Assembly (NCBI RefSeq): GCF_009914755.1
Contig: NC_060933.1
DNA length: 64,000 bases
Reading direction: 5' to 3' (one strand)
Source: the human T2T-CHM13v2.0 reference genome, Homo sapiens
In this document: in pieces, positions 1 through 14,860 of the stretch
Numbering within the stretch: position 1 is the stretch's first letter
Layout of the letters: each line of letters begins with the position of its first letter
Notes under the pieces: model-generated
What the model was told of the DNA's origin: nothing
Databases searched by the model: none
Seen by the model: only the letters and a program-made list of their open reading frames with translations
Position numbers and translations under genes: made by a program

Positions 1-196
1 AATATCAGAGCCTAATGGTCATTCAAGATATGTCTTCAATGACTTTGTGGTTGTATTTAAGCATCAGCAACATTTCTATTTCGGGAAGGCGAGATACAAA
101 ATTTAACAAAGTAAGCGGTAGATAATTAAGAAGTGTCTGTATATGGGGCTGATTTGAGTGTAAACACCAGTCTTCCTCTGTAAGTAACAGATTACT

Positions 197-500
<304 letters not shown>

Positions 501-1120
501 CTACCCGCCACACCCCCCCAAAAAAGAGAAATTCTTGACTATGGTAAAATGTGATTTCTGGAAAGCTGCTTTTAAAAGAGAAAAATCTTGCCAAATTGTA
601 CTACCATATTATCATGACCCATCACTGTTCTATTTCTACCTCTTTTTATGAAAGGGCAGAACTTAGGCATGTTTATATTTTAAAAAACATTACAAAAGGT
701 GCACTTGTTCCGTCTTGAGATAAAATTGAATCACTAATGCCACATTCATGGGGAGCCCCACGTGGTTAGTAAATTCTCTTGGGGTTTATGTTCTCCCAGT
801 CATTTCCCCTTCTGATTCTCTGTTTCTGCTGAATAACTCCCCATACTCAGCTCTCACCTCCTACATCCCCTCTGGCCTCTTTATTGATTCCCAGTCTATT
901 TAAACAGCCTCTTTTCCTAATTTTCCTAAAGCATCACTTACTCATGGCAGGGGGTATATGATACATTTTATAGAAGGTCAGAAGCCATGATGGGGATTAT
1001 ATTACAGCAGCCCAAAAATCCCGATAAAACAAACTATAATAACTAATTTTATGGTGCTTAATTGAGTGAAAAATGATTTATAAAATTGTATGCCTAGTCT
1101 TTTGGGGGGGGTCAGGGGGA

Positions 1121-1262
1121 AGGGTCTTGCTCTGTCACCCAGGCTGGAGTGCAGTGGTGCTATCACAACTCACCACAGCCTTGAACTCCTGGGCTCACCA
1201 CAGCCTCCCACCTCAGCCTCCCAAAGTGCTGAGATTACAGGTGTGAGCCACTGCACCCAGCC
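1121..1262 (-). mobile_element. Alu monomer/fragment (FLAM/AluJ-like)
   Basis: Antisense Alu motifs tcttgctctgtcacccaggctggagtgcagtgg...cccaaagtgctg. Confidence 0.85.
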
Positions 1263-2900
1263 TGTGTGCGTATTCTGATTGTTAACATTACCCACTAGGA
1301 GGACAAAAAAAAAAAAAGAAGGAAATATACAAAAGTGTGAATAGTGGTTATCTTAAGTTAATAAAATTATTGTTCATTTTTTTTCTTCCCCTTCCTCTCA
1401 AACTTTCTACATCTTCTTTGATGCACTTTCCTCTCTACATGGCAAGGTGGGTGACCTTCTCTTCCAGCCCCCATATCTTTGGGCGTCCTTTTCATATTTA
1501 TAATGCAATGTCATTTCTGCCCAGCTTAGTGAACTGTTGCAAGCCTGTGGCTTTGCACTTTCCCATCTGCTGAGAAGAGTTGCATTCCAGGTACTTATCA
1601 GAGATGACCTCTAACTCTGTGCTGCTCAATATTTCGCAAAACTTCAGTTGAAAATAAATAGTATAAATGGAAGATTGCCTGGAGGTTCTTTCTTTCCCTT
1701 TATAGAATTATACTTTGGCAAAATGCCAAGAATGAGGGACGTTATACAAAGAGGTCTGACACAATTCTGTCGCAGTCACTGCAGGGCATTTTAGGAACCT
1801 GATCATCAGAGCTCAAAATACTTTTTATGAGTAACTGTGAGAAAACTCACTTCTGTTCTTAACACCAGGGACAACTGAGCTCCTCCTAAAAAACTTCATT
1901 TTTTTAAATCACATAACCAAATGGGATTTTCCTCTTTGCTCTAGTCACTAGGAAGCCTACAGTCAAATTTTTATTCCACAGGTATACATTTTCCATACTT
2001 ACCTTTGCCATATTTATCCTTCCCCTTAGTCCTCATTTATTTTATATTCTTATTTTGTATTGTCTTAAAGTTTTTATGAACCAAGACAGTTATAAGAAAA
2101 GCACTTGCCCCACTGTTATAAGGGAAAGCAAATTTGAACAATTGCCCATGGAGTGATGGAGACATATGGTCAGAACTTCTTTCACTCTTCAGTGAAAAAG
2201 ACAGACAGCATCTTCTTTGGCAAAACAACACTGATCAAGGAAAAGAAGAATACTTCAATATTTTCTCTATGAATCCTGGGCTGTTTTCCATAGGAAAGCT
2301 GGATCTCTTTAAGAAGTTTTGAGCTGGGAAATGTTTTCATTAAACATATTCAAACAGTTTTTCTTTGTGGTTTGTCCTAGGAAAATGCGTGTGCATGAGC
2401 GTACCTGGTTGCTTGTTTTGCATCAACAAAAGGACACCTTAATATTCACTTTTTAGGAAAAGCACATATATAAGAAACAATCACATGAGTTTCTGTTCCA
2501 GGGCCCTTGCAGAGCAGTGATAGGTTCTAGCTCTGCTTAGCTGGGGAGAAGTCACATGAGACAGCAAACCTGGAATTTCATGGCAGAGCTTGTGTTTACC
2601 TCCTGTTGTATAAAGGTTATTGTGTGATCATCATACTGCCTTGTTACTCAGGCTCTTTGGAACTCAGTAGGAAGTATTAAAAGTACATAATCTTAAGTAT
2701 TAAGGGTTATAGAGAAGATGTGCTATCATGTTTAAGACATTCCCTTCAATATAATCCAGAGCTGGCTTGTTTTTCCCCCTCAATGACTTTCTAGAAAAAC
2801 TCTCACTCTTTTTTGCTGAGATGGAGCTGTACCTTGTCGCAGGATTGTTCTATAGAGCCTTAGTTGTCCCTAATGCCCTTCCCCACAAACATAAGCCCCC

Positions 2901-3583
2901 TATTATTAAAAAATCAAAAAGTAACAGATGGTGGCAAGATTGTCAAGCAAAAGGAACTCTTATATACTGCTGGTGGGAGCAAAAATTAGCTCAACCATTG
3001 TGGAAGACAGTGTGGTGATTCTTCAAAGACCTAAAGACAGAAATACCATTCAACACAGCAATCTCATTACTGGGTATATACCTAAAGGCATATAAATAAT
3101 TATATTATAAAGACACATGCACATGTATGTTCACTGCAACACTATTCACAATGGCAAAGATATGGAATCAACCTAAATGCCCAACAATGATAGGCTGGAT
3201 AAAGAAAATGTGGTACATATACACCATGGAATACTATGTAGCCATAAAAAACAATGAGGTCATGTCCTTTGCAGGGACATGGATGGAGCTGGAGGCCATC
3301 ATTCTCAGCAAACTAAGGCAGGAACAGGAAGCCAAATACCACATGATGTCAGGTATAAGTGGGAGCTAAATGATAAGAACACATGGATACATAGAGGGAA
3401 ACAACACACAATGGGGCTGATCAGATGGTAAAAGGTGGGAAGAGGAAGAGGATCAGGAAAAATAATTAATAGATACTAGGATTAATATTTGGGTGATGAA
3501 TAACCTGTACAACAAACCCCCATGACACAAGTTTACATATGTAACAAACCTGTACATGTATCCCTGAATTTAAAAGTTTTTAA
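2901..3583 (+). mobile_element. L1 3' fragment (old L1PA/L1PB-like)
   Basis: ORF2 C-terminal peptide (WNQPKCP...[14 protein letters not shown]), L1 3'UTR, AAGCCCCC on both flanks (TSD). Confidence 0.92.
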
Positions 3584-3735
3584 AAGCCCCCAAAAGATGA
3601 CTGTATGACTGTAAGCAACAACAGTTAAGTTGTTGGAGTTCACTGGAGTTAACTAAGTTCTTACTATGTGCCTGGAACAATGCAAAGCTCTTTATGAAGA
3701 TCTCATTGTCCTTCACCACCAGCCTTCTAGGTAGG

Positions 3736-4068
3736 TGCTGTGGTCTGAATATTTGTGTCCCTTACAAATTCCTAAGCTGAGTCCTAATTACCAACATGAT
3801 AGTATTAGAATATGGGGCATCTGGGAGATGATGAGGTCATGAGGGATTAGTGCCCTTATAAGAGGTGTGAGGATGCTGATTTGCCCCTTCTACTATATGA
3901 GGATGCCTAGAAGTTGCCATCTACAAGGAACAGGCCCACACCAGACACCAAATCTGCTGGTACCTTGATCTTGGACTTCCTAGCCTCTAGAATTATAAGC
4001 AATAAATTCTGTTGTTTATAGATTCCATTTAAGGTATTTTGTTAGAGCAGCAGGAATGGACTAAGACA
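3736..4068 (+). mobile_element. MaLR solo LTR (MLT1A/MST-like) inserted in a MIR
   Basis: TG...CA termini (tgctgtggtctgaat...gactaagaca), 5-bp TSD GTAGG on both sides. Confidence 0.88.
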
Positions 4069-4735
4069 GTAGGTCTATCTCCATTTTAGTGTTCAGGCTC
4101 AGACCACTGAGTAACTTGTCCAAAGTCAAACAGCTATCATATGAACAGAAACAGGATTCAAACCCAGATTTGTCCAACTCCCAAATAAATACTCTTAAAC
4201 GTGACGTCATTGGGACTCCATTTGTCCAGAAGAGCAGAAAGTCTAAATCCTCTTTCCATGGCTTGTTCACCCCAATAGAGCTAAGAAGTTCCAGGTACTT
4301 GCTCATGGGCAGAGGGTCTGCCAGTCCTGCTTTCTCCCAGTTAGCCGCCAGAGCCAGAACTCAGTCATGCTTCTTTGATCTCCAGAGTACCATAATAGCT
4401 TGCAACAGAAGACAGTTGCTTTAGAAAACAAAATTAGTCCAGAAACCTGGTGTCCCATGAAGTTTAGAAAGGTCTTCCATTGACTAACCCTGACTTCACT
4501 AGAAGGCATGGTCACCTCCAGCTATGTCCAAAACAGTTGAAGTGAGGCTAGGCCTCTACCCTCGAGTTTCTTATGACAATGTTAGCATTCCCAGAGGGTG
4601 TCTTGGAAATATGAGGACACATTTTAGTTGTCATAATGACTGAAGGTTTTGTGTTGCTGACTTTTAGTGGGCCAGGATTCCAGACATCCTGCAAAGCAGG
4701 TGACACATCCTACATATCAAGAAAAATGGTCTACA

Positions 4736-5000
4736 GGAGACTAAGGCAGGAGGGTCACTTAAGGCCAGGAGTTCAAGACCAAACTAGGCAACATAGCAAG
4801 ACCTTGTCTCAAAAAATAAACAAATAAATAAAACCTTAGCCAGGCACAGTGACACATGCCTGGAGTCCCAGCTACTTGGGAGGCTGAGGAAGGAGGATGG
4901 CTGGGAGCTCAGAAGTTAAGGCTGTAGTAAGTTATGGTCATGCCACTGCACTCCAGCCTGAGCAAAATAGTGAGAACCTGAAAAAAAAAAAAAAAAAAAA
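4736..5000 (+). mobile_element. 5'-truncated AluJ
   Basis: Diverged Alu with A tail; TSD GGTCTACA; appears inserted in an older DNA-transposon-like sequence. Confidence 0.88.
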
Positions 5001-8000
5001 GGTCTACATGCCTCATATATCCAAAGATGTTCCAATAGGCATCAAGGGTTTCCCACTTATTTATAATTATCTGAGCAAAGGTTTTGATTTTGTCTTATAT
5101 ACAAGCAAAAATTACTTTTTTACAATTTTATGATAACTGAATTTTTCAGGATTACAGCTACTCTGTCTAGAAAAGGGAAGATTGCTATGTATTTAACTTG
5201 GAGCATCACCAATTGTGGCTCACCATTTCAGAAAATCATGTCACTAACAGTGACGCTACTTGTGATATGACAGTGTCCATTCTATTCTACTATACCAGTA
5301 TCAGATGGATACGATGGCCTATGGGCTGCCACATTCATGAAGATCCTACATGTGCAATATCTGACCACTGCATGTTGTCTTCTGATGTGGTTTGGCCATA
5401 TTGCTTTTTTATAAATTATTTTCCCTTCACGTTTCCTTTATATTATACTCAGGACATTATTTTGATTATTTTTTATAGATTATATATGTACATATATCTT
5501 ATCTATGATTTTCATTTCAGGACAGGGAAAGGGCATTTCAAGATATTTCTTACCTGAAGGGGCAACTGATAGCATTGGGAATCACTCTACTCTCCTACCT
5601 AACAGAGTGCAAGTGAGTAATATGAGTAATGTGGATCTTCAGGTTAAAAAAAGGAGGCTTCTTTACTCATTGTTATCTCAGCTGAGGATGCTCTATGCCA
5701 AAAGTGATTTGGGCTACCAGCTGCCATCTTTTTAGATTCAAATGCCCGAGCCATTTGCTCAAAGCAGAATCCTTCACTTTTTGGAACAAGGCAGGATCCA
5801 ATGCCATTGCTAACATCCAGCACAACTCTGTCTGTCCCCATAGGCACTTTAACACAGGGACCTTTTTTATATTCCTATGGCATTGGATCACACAGCCCGC
5901 TCAAAGGTTTCTGTAATCTGAAATTACAAGAAGAGGAGTTTGAGAGATTTTGGTCCCTTCTCTCCCAGGAGGGCCATTAAAATCCTTATGGAAGTTTACT
6001 TACCTCTATCCTGCTTTCTTCCTTACAATTTTAAATTCTTAATATCTGTACACTGTCCCAGTGAAAACCTCACTGGACACTCCACCAAAACTACTGACAG
6101 TCACTTTATATACTCATCCTCCCTTTGGATCCAGATGAAATGCTATAAAAGGCCAGAGGTTGAGCAAGAATTATTTCCTTTCCCCAACTGAAGAAAGTGA
6201 GGCTCAGAAGGAGTTACGGGACTTTGTCAAGGACACAGAGCTCATGAATGGCAGAGCCTGGACAAAAACCCTGGCTTTTGAATCCAAATGCCAGCATGGA
6301 TCACACCATAGTAAGGTGATGGAAAATTTTGCAAAGCCATCTCAGAGTCAGACAAGTTCCTTCTACAACACGTCTTTGAAAGTTTTTTCCTTCTTTCTTA
6401 AGCAAGGTAACTAGAGTCATCCTCTAGATAAGCAGAGAAAATATTACTTACAATTTAGATGGCACTTTATATTGAATGTGGGCCAGAAATCCTTCTAACA
6501 CACACAACTCATGCACACTCATACCCAAACTCCCACCTGTTACATGCTCGGCTGCTTATTAATGGAATGGGACATTTACCTGCACAACCTAAAATCTTAT
6601 CTGGGGGCTGCAGACTTCATATTGGAATTATCAAACATTTCCAGGTTATTAGCCCCTGCATTCCTGAACTCAAAGGTCCTACAGAGCCTGAGGAAGAGCC
6701 AGAAGTTTAAAGAGCGCATTTTTTAGTATGTTTTCCTGCTCTTAATGAGGGAGCTTAAGGTCTCTTTATGCTCTGAAATCCCATGTTGTTTTGACAAGGG
6801 CCACTCTTTCTTTCCCTTAACAAACACTGGGAACCCACCAGTCTCCTCTCAGGGCACCTCTGAACTCTGGAGAGCAAAGCAATGCTCTCCTGAGCACCTC
6901 TGAGAGCTCACCCAGATCCAAGAACCACACGCAGCTCTGCAAGGGAGAGTGGCTACAGGCTTCTGGGACCTGGAAAACTGGTGCTTGCTACTACCAATGG
7001 GAGCATCTTCAGGCTGAACATAGGACAGACATGGGTACCCCCATCTCCCCAGTGCCCACTTGTCAGAGTTTATATGTTAAGACTGGTACTTGATCCACAT
7101 TTTCTATGTCAATGAACAAGTACCATAGATTCACATTCAGTGGTTAAAATTACACACAGTGGATCCTTAGTGTTAACTTCTTTTCATGAAACAACTTTAG
7201 TACAAGATAAGTGTCTCTTGTATCTGGTCCAAGACTCTGTGCTGCCATGTTACACAAGGATTACAGTACAAAGTGTCATGTCTATGAGAGGTTCATGCTA
7301 TGTCCTCCAAAGGACACAACTTTATCAAGGCTTTAAACATTTTCAGTCCAAGTTCTGATTGCAGTAGAATTTCAGTGGTTATGGAAGACACGATAAGTAT
7401 AGTCTGGATACAGATTACCCTCGTTAGTCACTTAAAGGGTGCTTTAAGTGTGTGCATGCTGGGGCCTCCTACTGTGGGCTCTGTGGTTACGGTCCCAAAC
7501 ATCACAAATGTCAATGCGCTTGAAGAAAAGGTTAAAGACAACAAAAGGAAGACAAAGTTACATGGCAAAAAGAGAAATGCTCCTGGGATCTCCAACCTTA
7601 TTAAACATGACAACATATATATAATGACAAAAATTCCACAGATCCACTCCCACATGATACTAGAGATCAAGACCAAAGGAAACACAGGACTGTAGCAGGT
7701 ATTTCTGGGTGAGAAAAGGGAACAACATCATTTTTGGGGGGAAAAGGGAGTTTTTGTCGGGGTAGGAGTTTCCAAGTGCCCACACCAAGGGGTTGATTTA
7801 GGCTTGGGAAGGGAAGACACGGAAAATTTATCAGCAAGGATAATGTGTATGACAAAAAAAGTTGAGAAGATGAATTTGGCAGTGAAATTTTAAATAGATG
7901 CCACAAAACATCACAGTCTCTTATTTATTCCATATAAAGCAATAACTCCCACCAAACCCCCAAGAAGATTTTTAAAAATTAACCAGGGAGTCTTTGGGGA

Positions 8001-8214
8001 GAAAAATACAAAGACCCGCCCCACCCCTGCACCCCCCACCCCCCAAATCCAGATAACCACATGAAAGGCACAGTCAACTTGCTACTTTGCTTGTAAATCC
8101 AAATATGTACACTGCCAAGTCTAGATACGGGACAAGTATTTACAGCTGAGCAAAATTTAAATGGCCAGTAACTTTTCCTACCAGAAATACTTTGGTGATT
8201 AAGGAAAAGATTCT

Positions 8215-8525
8215 GGCCAGGCACAGTGGCCCACACCTGTAATCCTAGCACTTTGGGAGGCCGAGGCGGGCGGATTATCTAAGGTCAGGAGTTCGAGACC
8301 AGCCTGACCAACATGGTGAAACACTGTCTCTACTAAAAATACAAAAAAAAAAAAAAAAAATAGCTGGGCATGGTGGCACGCGCCTGTAATCCCAGCTACT
8401 AGGGGGTGCTGAGGCAGGAGAATTGCTTAAACCCAGGAGGCAGAGGTAGCAGTGAGCCAAGATCGCGCCACTGCACTCCAGCCTGGGTGACAGAGTGAGA
8501 CTCCATCTCAAAAAAAAGAAAAGAA
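8215..8525 (+). mobile_element. Alu (AluS-type)
   Basis: Full dimer; TSD AAAGATTCT. Confidence 0.95.
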
Positions 8526-8534
8526 AGATTCTGA

Positions 8535-8905
8535 TGATGACCAGAGGCTGGGGGAGGTGGGGAGGGAGGGAATGGAAAGTTGTTGATCAAATTGAAGAAC
8601 ATATCAAACAGAAGGAATAGATTTTGAGATCTATTGCACAACAGGGTGACTACAGTCAATAATCGTGCACTGTACATTTCAAAATAACTTTAACCATATG
8701 TCTCACCATAATTTCAAATGTCTCACCATAAAACATGATAGGTGAGTGAGGTAATAATAGATATGTTAATTAGGTTAATTTAACCATGTCACATTGTATA
8801 CATATATCAAAACATCACATCATACTCCATAAATGTATACAATTATGATTTGTCAATTAAAAATAATATTAATAAATTTGAAAATACAGAAAAAAGGAAA
8901 AAAAA
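8535..8905 (+). mobile_element. L1MA-type 3' end
   Basis: L1MA 3'UTR motifs (acagggtgactacagtcaataat...catcacatcatactccataaatgtatacaatt), A-rich tail. Confidence 0.85.
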
Positions 8906-10111
8906 AAGATTCTAATAGAAGAGCTATTCTATCTGACAGTATATTAGACCTGTTAGTACAAACCAACTGAAGCCAGTTCATATCAGAGACAAAGGAAATG
9001 GGAAAAGAATTTGACCTGATGAATAGTTCCTCTTTTCACCTTCAATTTCCAAATAATCCTTGCTGCAATATTTCCGGTAATTTCTCCAATGAATTGTCTC
9101 CTGAAGTGAACTTGATTAGAGGAAACAATATTAGATCTACAAGGCACAGCTCCATTTCTCTTCATATTCTATAAACTTTCTTCCATGGGTAGGGCCTCCT
9201 GAGATTTCTTAAGAGAGCCAAACAGAAGACAGGACAGAGATTAAGGGAGGGGAGCTAGAATCAAAAAAGGAAAATACAAGCAGCTTTAGTGGATGAGACT
9301 TAAATTTCTTAGTAAAAACAGAAAAAGAAGTTGTAACTACTGCAAATTATAACTATTGATTTATTTTTCCTTCAAGTTACTAACAGAATTTTTAACTGCC
9401 ATACTTTGCTACAAGATCCTAATCAAAACAACAGAGGGAAAAAGGATGCTTCATTTCCCTCTCCAGGGGATCCTCTAAGACTCCAAGTTTTACCCGAGGT
9501 GATCCAATTTGGTACCAAGTCATGCTAACATAAACACTACTTGGTATCTCTTGTTTTGTTGTCATTTTATTTTTGCCTTGCTCCACAAACGGATGTTAGA
9601 GGAAGGCCAGTTCTAAGAATGGCCACTGGCAAGAAAAAAATAAACTATAAAAGTTTACAGTGTGCCTTTTTAAAGTATAAGACATGGAGTTCATCAAGGA
9701 TCTCACTTAGACTTCATCTAGCCACATTAAGTATTAATGCCATCCTTCTGTGTATGAGACTTAGAACAGTTAGGGGACACTTTGCACAAATTCACTGAGG
9801 AAGTTGATCTGTGCCTTAGCTCCTCCTAACTGCTGAAAAGGGATTATTCTCCTCAGAATTCACCTGCAGCCTCCTCCCAGGGAGTACTGATGTCATGTTT
9901 GCAAAGTACTTTGAACCTACTCAGAAGAAAGGCAACACACAAACTCAAGACATTCTTCCCATACTATGTAAGACATAGTGATCATTTTTTTGTTTCACAT
10001 TTAGAAAACTGCCCCTCTAGCCAGGCAAGGTCTATGATGAAATCACTGCAAAGGAAAGACGAGATCTCCCAAGACCTTCATGTATCTTTTGTTGCTTGTT
10101 TTGAGGAGTCT

Positions 10112-10930
10112 TTTTAAAAACTGTTTTTACGGATATGAATACTTGACATATTTATAGAGTGCGTGTGATATTTTGTTATGTGCATAGATGGTGTAATGGT
10201 TCAATCAGGGTATTTGGGGTACTCATCACCTCAAGTATTTATCATTACTACGTGTCAGAAACATTTCAAGTTCTCCGTTCTAGCTATTTTGAAATATATA
10301 ATACGTTCTTCTTAACTATGGTCACTTTACTATCAAACATTAGAGCTTATTGCTTGTGTCTAACTGCATATCTGTATCCATTAACCAGCCTCTCTTTACT
10401 GTCTCTCCATTCTCTTCCTAGCCTCTGCTATCTGTCATTCTACTCTCTATCTCCATGAGATCAACTTTTTTAGCTCCCTCATGAGTGTGAGAACATGAGG
10501 TATTTGTCTTTCTGTTCCTGGCTTATTTCACTCAGCATAATGACCTCCAGTTCCATCTATGTTACTGCAAATGACATAAACTTATTCTTTTTTTATAACT
10601 GAATAGGATTCCGTTGTGTAGCTATACCACATTTTCTTTGTCCATTCACCCATTGATGGGCACTTAGGTTGATTCCATGTCTTTGCTAATGTGAATAGTG
10701 CTGCAAGAAACATGCAAGTGCAGGTATCCCTTTGATATACTGACTTCTTTTCTCTTGGATAAATACCCAGTAATGAAATTGCTGGATAGTATGGTAGTTC
10801 TGTTTTCAGTTTATTGAGAAACTCCATACTATTTTCCATAGTGGCTGTACTAATTTACATTCCCACCAACACCATATAAGGGTTTCCTTTTCTCCGTATC
10901 CTTGCCAGCATCTGTCATTTTGTTTTGAGC
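10112..10930 (-). mobile_element. L1 3' fragment (L1MA/PB-like)
   Basis: Minus-strand ORF2 C-terminal peptide ([16 protein letters not shown]...WNQPKCPS). Confidence 0.9.
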
Positions 10931-11729
10931 AGTCTTTATGCCAGCCAACTCTCTCTCCATCTCTTCTTTGTCTTTTCTTGCAGTCCCTGGCAAATGGGAG
11001 GAAGGGAGGGAAGAAGAAATATAAAGAGAGAAAACTAAACAATGATCCATCCTCCTTGTAGATGCCCTGAAACGTGCCTAGAGTTCACCAAGAAAACCTG
11101 ATTAAAAGATCTCTTCCCATATTCCAATTCAATTCCACAAACATTGTAAGCCCTTCAAGTATTTAAATCATAATTTTTGCCTTCACAGTATTTACTTCTC
11201 ATAGCAGGAAAATAGAAAGCTTTGATTGCAAAGAAGGACACTGTTGATATTGTGGTGTTATCAATATCAATTGTGGTATTATGGCTAAGAATGCAAAAAG
11301 CAAATATTAGAGTCAATAGCAGTCTCAGGTATGTCTCATTCCCCAAGTTTCCTCTCCCAATCCCAACATTTCCCCTCTCCATCTCTATCCACAAAGAGAC
11401 CTCTCTGGTGCTTCCGAATGACCTTTCATTTTCTTCTTCCCAAATCAAATCCAAGTCAATTTAGGAACGAGGTCTGATTTGGGTCATTAACAGTCAATTA
11501 TCTTTTAATTTGGGTCAGTAACCATGACCAGTTCTTCAATTATACAAGGAAACTTCTCCCAAAGGGTGAAACTTCTTATTTCTCTCACATGCAAGCCTCG
11601 TCCATTCAGAAAAACAATGAGACTCTGAAAATTGCTGTGATAAACACGCCTTCTGAGAGAGTTCAAATGTCTCCTGAGGTCGGGGAAACGGAATTCCAAA
11701 ATAGAATTCCACTTTCTACCAGATCTTAA

Positions 11730-12247
<518 letters not shown>

Positions 12248-12944
12248 TAACTCTTTGATCTGTCTATCCATTTATTCCTGACTTTTGACTCTAGGAATCA
12301 TTAAGTGGTCTTTCCTCTTTTAGGTGGCAAACTCTGTCATGCCTCATAATTGAGTGAGCACTCGATAAATGAATGCTATAGTGCTCTGAGAAATAATTCT
12401 CTTCCTATTGGCAGCAAATCCAAGAGAAACTTCCTTAGAAGGACTGTCAATTACCACTTAACAAGCCTGAGTTTTGGCTCCTGCAGAAAAAGCAAACAAA
12501 ACAATAACAACTCACCCCTGAGAGCAGCCACATTGCTATCTGGTTGCTGCCCTCCAGTCACCTGGCACACTGTAGGTCCCAAAAGAAGGTGCTCAACAAG
12601 TCCTTGTTGGTAGATTTATTTGTGAAGGCATGAGACCAGTGATATGTAATCCATCACCTGATAGGTAGACACCAGCTGGGTTCCAAACAGTCTAGCTGTG
12701 CCCAGCTTCTGACCTCCCATGGTTCTTGGCTCCCTTACAGCTGACAAATCTAGCTGGATGTGAGATGCTTGGCCAGGAGCAGGATGCATAAAGTGACGAC
12801 TGGGAGGCTGTTGTGGAACACTAGGAGGAATTTGCATTTGTTTCTCCTGCCACAGTCACCACAACATCCCTGTCTGCCTAAGAGTGCATTCTCATTCAAA
12901 ACCTACCACACAGCTCCCCTTCTATACCCCAGTGGCCACAGCTT

Positions 12945-13130
12945 CAGGCTTGACACCGAGTGAGTCACAGTTAGAATGCACATTAGACTCACCTGGAAAG
13001 CTAAAAACTGCTCGTGCCCAGGCCCCACTCCAGACATGTTATTCAGTTGGCCTAGATAGAGCTGTTCCTGTGTTGATATTCTTAAAAGCTCTCCAGGAGA
13101 CTTTAATGTACCATCAGGGTTGAGGACCAC
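12945..13130. mobile_element. MER5A-like hAT-Charlie MITE
   Basis: cacattagactcacctgg...ctccaggagactttaatgta...gggttgaggaccac. Confidence 0.65.
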
Positions 13131-13199
13131 AGTCTTACGTTGTTCAAATCCTAGGCCCATACCTGTAATTGCCTCTCTTATACATTGAAGCTGCTGATT

Positions 13200-13420
13200 T
13201 ATTATATGCCAGGCACTGTTCTAAATGCTTTATTATAAATGTATCCAACCCTCATAAGAAGTGGGTGTTCTTCCCACCCCCATTTTTCAGATGAAAAAAC
13301 TAAGGCATAAAGAGAGGCTAAATAATTTGCCTAAGATTTCACAGGGTCAGAGCCAGGCTTTGAACTGAGGAAGACTCACTCCAGCACCCACTCTCTTAAC
13401 CATTAACCAATACTGCCTCT
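13200..13420 (-). mobile_element. MIR
   Basis: tgccaggcactgttcta...cccatttttcagatgaaaaaactaaggc core. Confidence 0.75.
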
Positions 13421-14631
13421 CTGCATTCATTCAACACACAAAGGCTTTCAGGTACCACAAGAATGCCCTCTGGATCCCATACAGCCATAATCACCTTTTC
13501 AGATAGTCATATTCATAAATACTCATATCCAAACAAATCATCTCTTGATCAAAAACCTTCAATGGCTTACTAAATGCTTTGCGGATAAACAAACAAACAA
13601 TATACAAATGCCTTCCTTAATTGTACTTGCCTTCCTCTCCAGTATCTCCTCTGGAATCTGTCCTCCAAAAATTCTGAGTTACTTGCAGTTTTTACATGTA
13701 CCGTATAACCCTAAAGCCAGGCTCAAAAACTGGGCCTCCCCTCCACTCTGCAGACATGGTCATTATCAGCATTAGAACTCCTCATAAATGTGTTTCCAAA
13801 ACAATATAGAGATGCTAGGACATAACCCTCCCAAATAGCCAGGCTGGAAGGAAGCATATTCATTCAGAAACTCAGCCCTTCAAGGAATGTGAGCAGCAGT
13901 ATAATATGAATTTAAACCTCCTTACATAACCAAGTAAGAAAACATTAAATAAATCAACTATCTACTTCCACAAAACTCTTAAAAGTTCAAAAACGAAATA
14001 TCATGGTGAAATGGTAATACTTAAAGAACTTGCTTCATTACTCTAACTTGCAGATTAAAATTCTTATGTTCTAATAAGCAATCTATGCTTAACTAACTCG
14101 GTAGAGGCCACAATGCCTCTATTTCCATAGAAACTCCCATTGTAAGAGTGTTTTAAATGCTATAGCCCTATATTCCAAAACCTCCTATAAATTACATTTA
14201 TGACAAGTGAGAACAATCAAATTTGGGGCCAGAGTCGTAGGAATTAATTATCAGGGCTTCCAAAAATAAGTGGTACAGTATTTCATTCCTGCATTGTAAA
14301 CCAAAGGAAACAAAACTCAATGCTACAAAACAAAGAACCCTGGTGAGTTCACAATGCAGCCTAGAATGTGCCCTACACTGACCTATTTCAACTTAAAATG
14401 TAAACTACATGTGTTTTGCTTTACATCTCCCCGTTCTGTAAATCCACCCACAACCTCCTCTGACACTGCATTCACATCTGTCATTGACCGGACAAAACCC
14501 AGCTTGTCCTTGCTCTGTCGTGAGATAGAACATCTTTCTACTAGGCCGCCCAAGTCCTAAGTAATCTCCTTCCACCCAACCCAGATAAAAATCTCGCGCA
14601 TACAGAGCCATCTGACTTCTCCTAAGTCTAG

Positions 14632-14860
14632 CTCAGAATGTCTCAACTGTGGCACCATTGACATTTTAGACTGAATAACTCATTGTGGGGCCCAGTCCTG
14701 TGCACTGTAGGATGTTCAGCAGCATCCCTGGCCTCTACCCAGTAGAGGGTACATCTCCCAGGAGTACCTCTCCCCAGGCATGACAGTGAAAAATGTCTCA
14801 AGACATTGATGAACATTGATTGGGTCTACAATTGCTTCCAGTTAATAATCATTTGTCTAG
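14632..14860. mobile_element. MER20
   Basis: tctcaactgtggcaccattgacattttagac...gcagcatccctggcctctaccc. Confidence 0.75.

Noticed and set aside
3127-3369. ORFs resembling proteins at 3127-3369, 10582-10839 and 29658-29936
   Set aside because: Degenerate L1 ORF2 C-terminal remnants, not host genes
4202-4209. Perfect CRE TGACGTCA
   Set aside because: Isolated 8-mer at a MIR edge 16 kb upstream, with no supporting context
8275-8677. ORFs with [11 protein letters not shown] / VTQAGVQW / [10 protein letters not shown] peptides (also 103, 1090, 11870, 26402, 28526, 36479, 47964)
   Set aside because: Translations of Alu sequence
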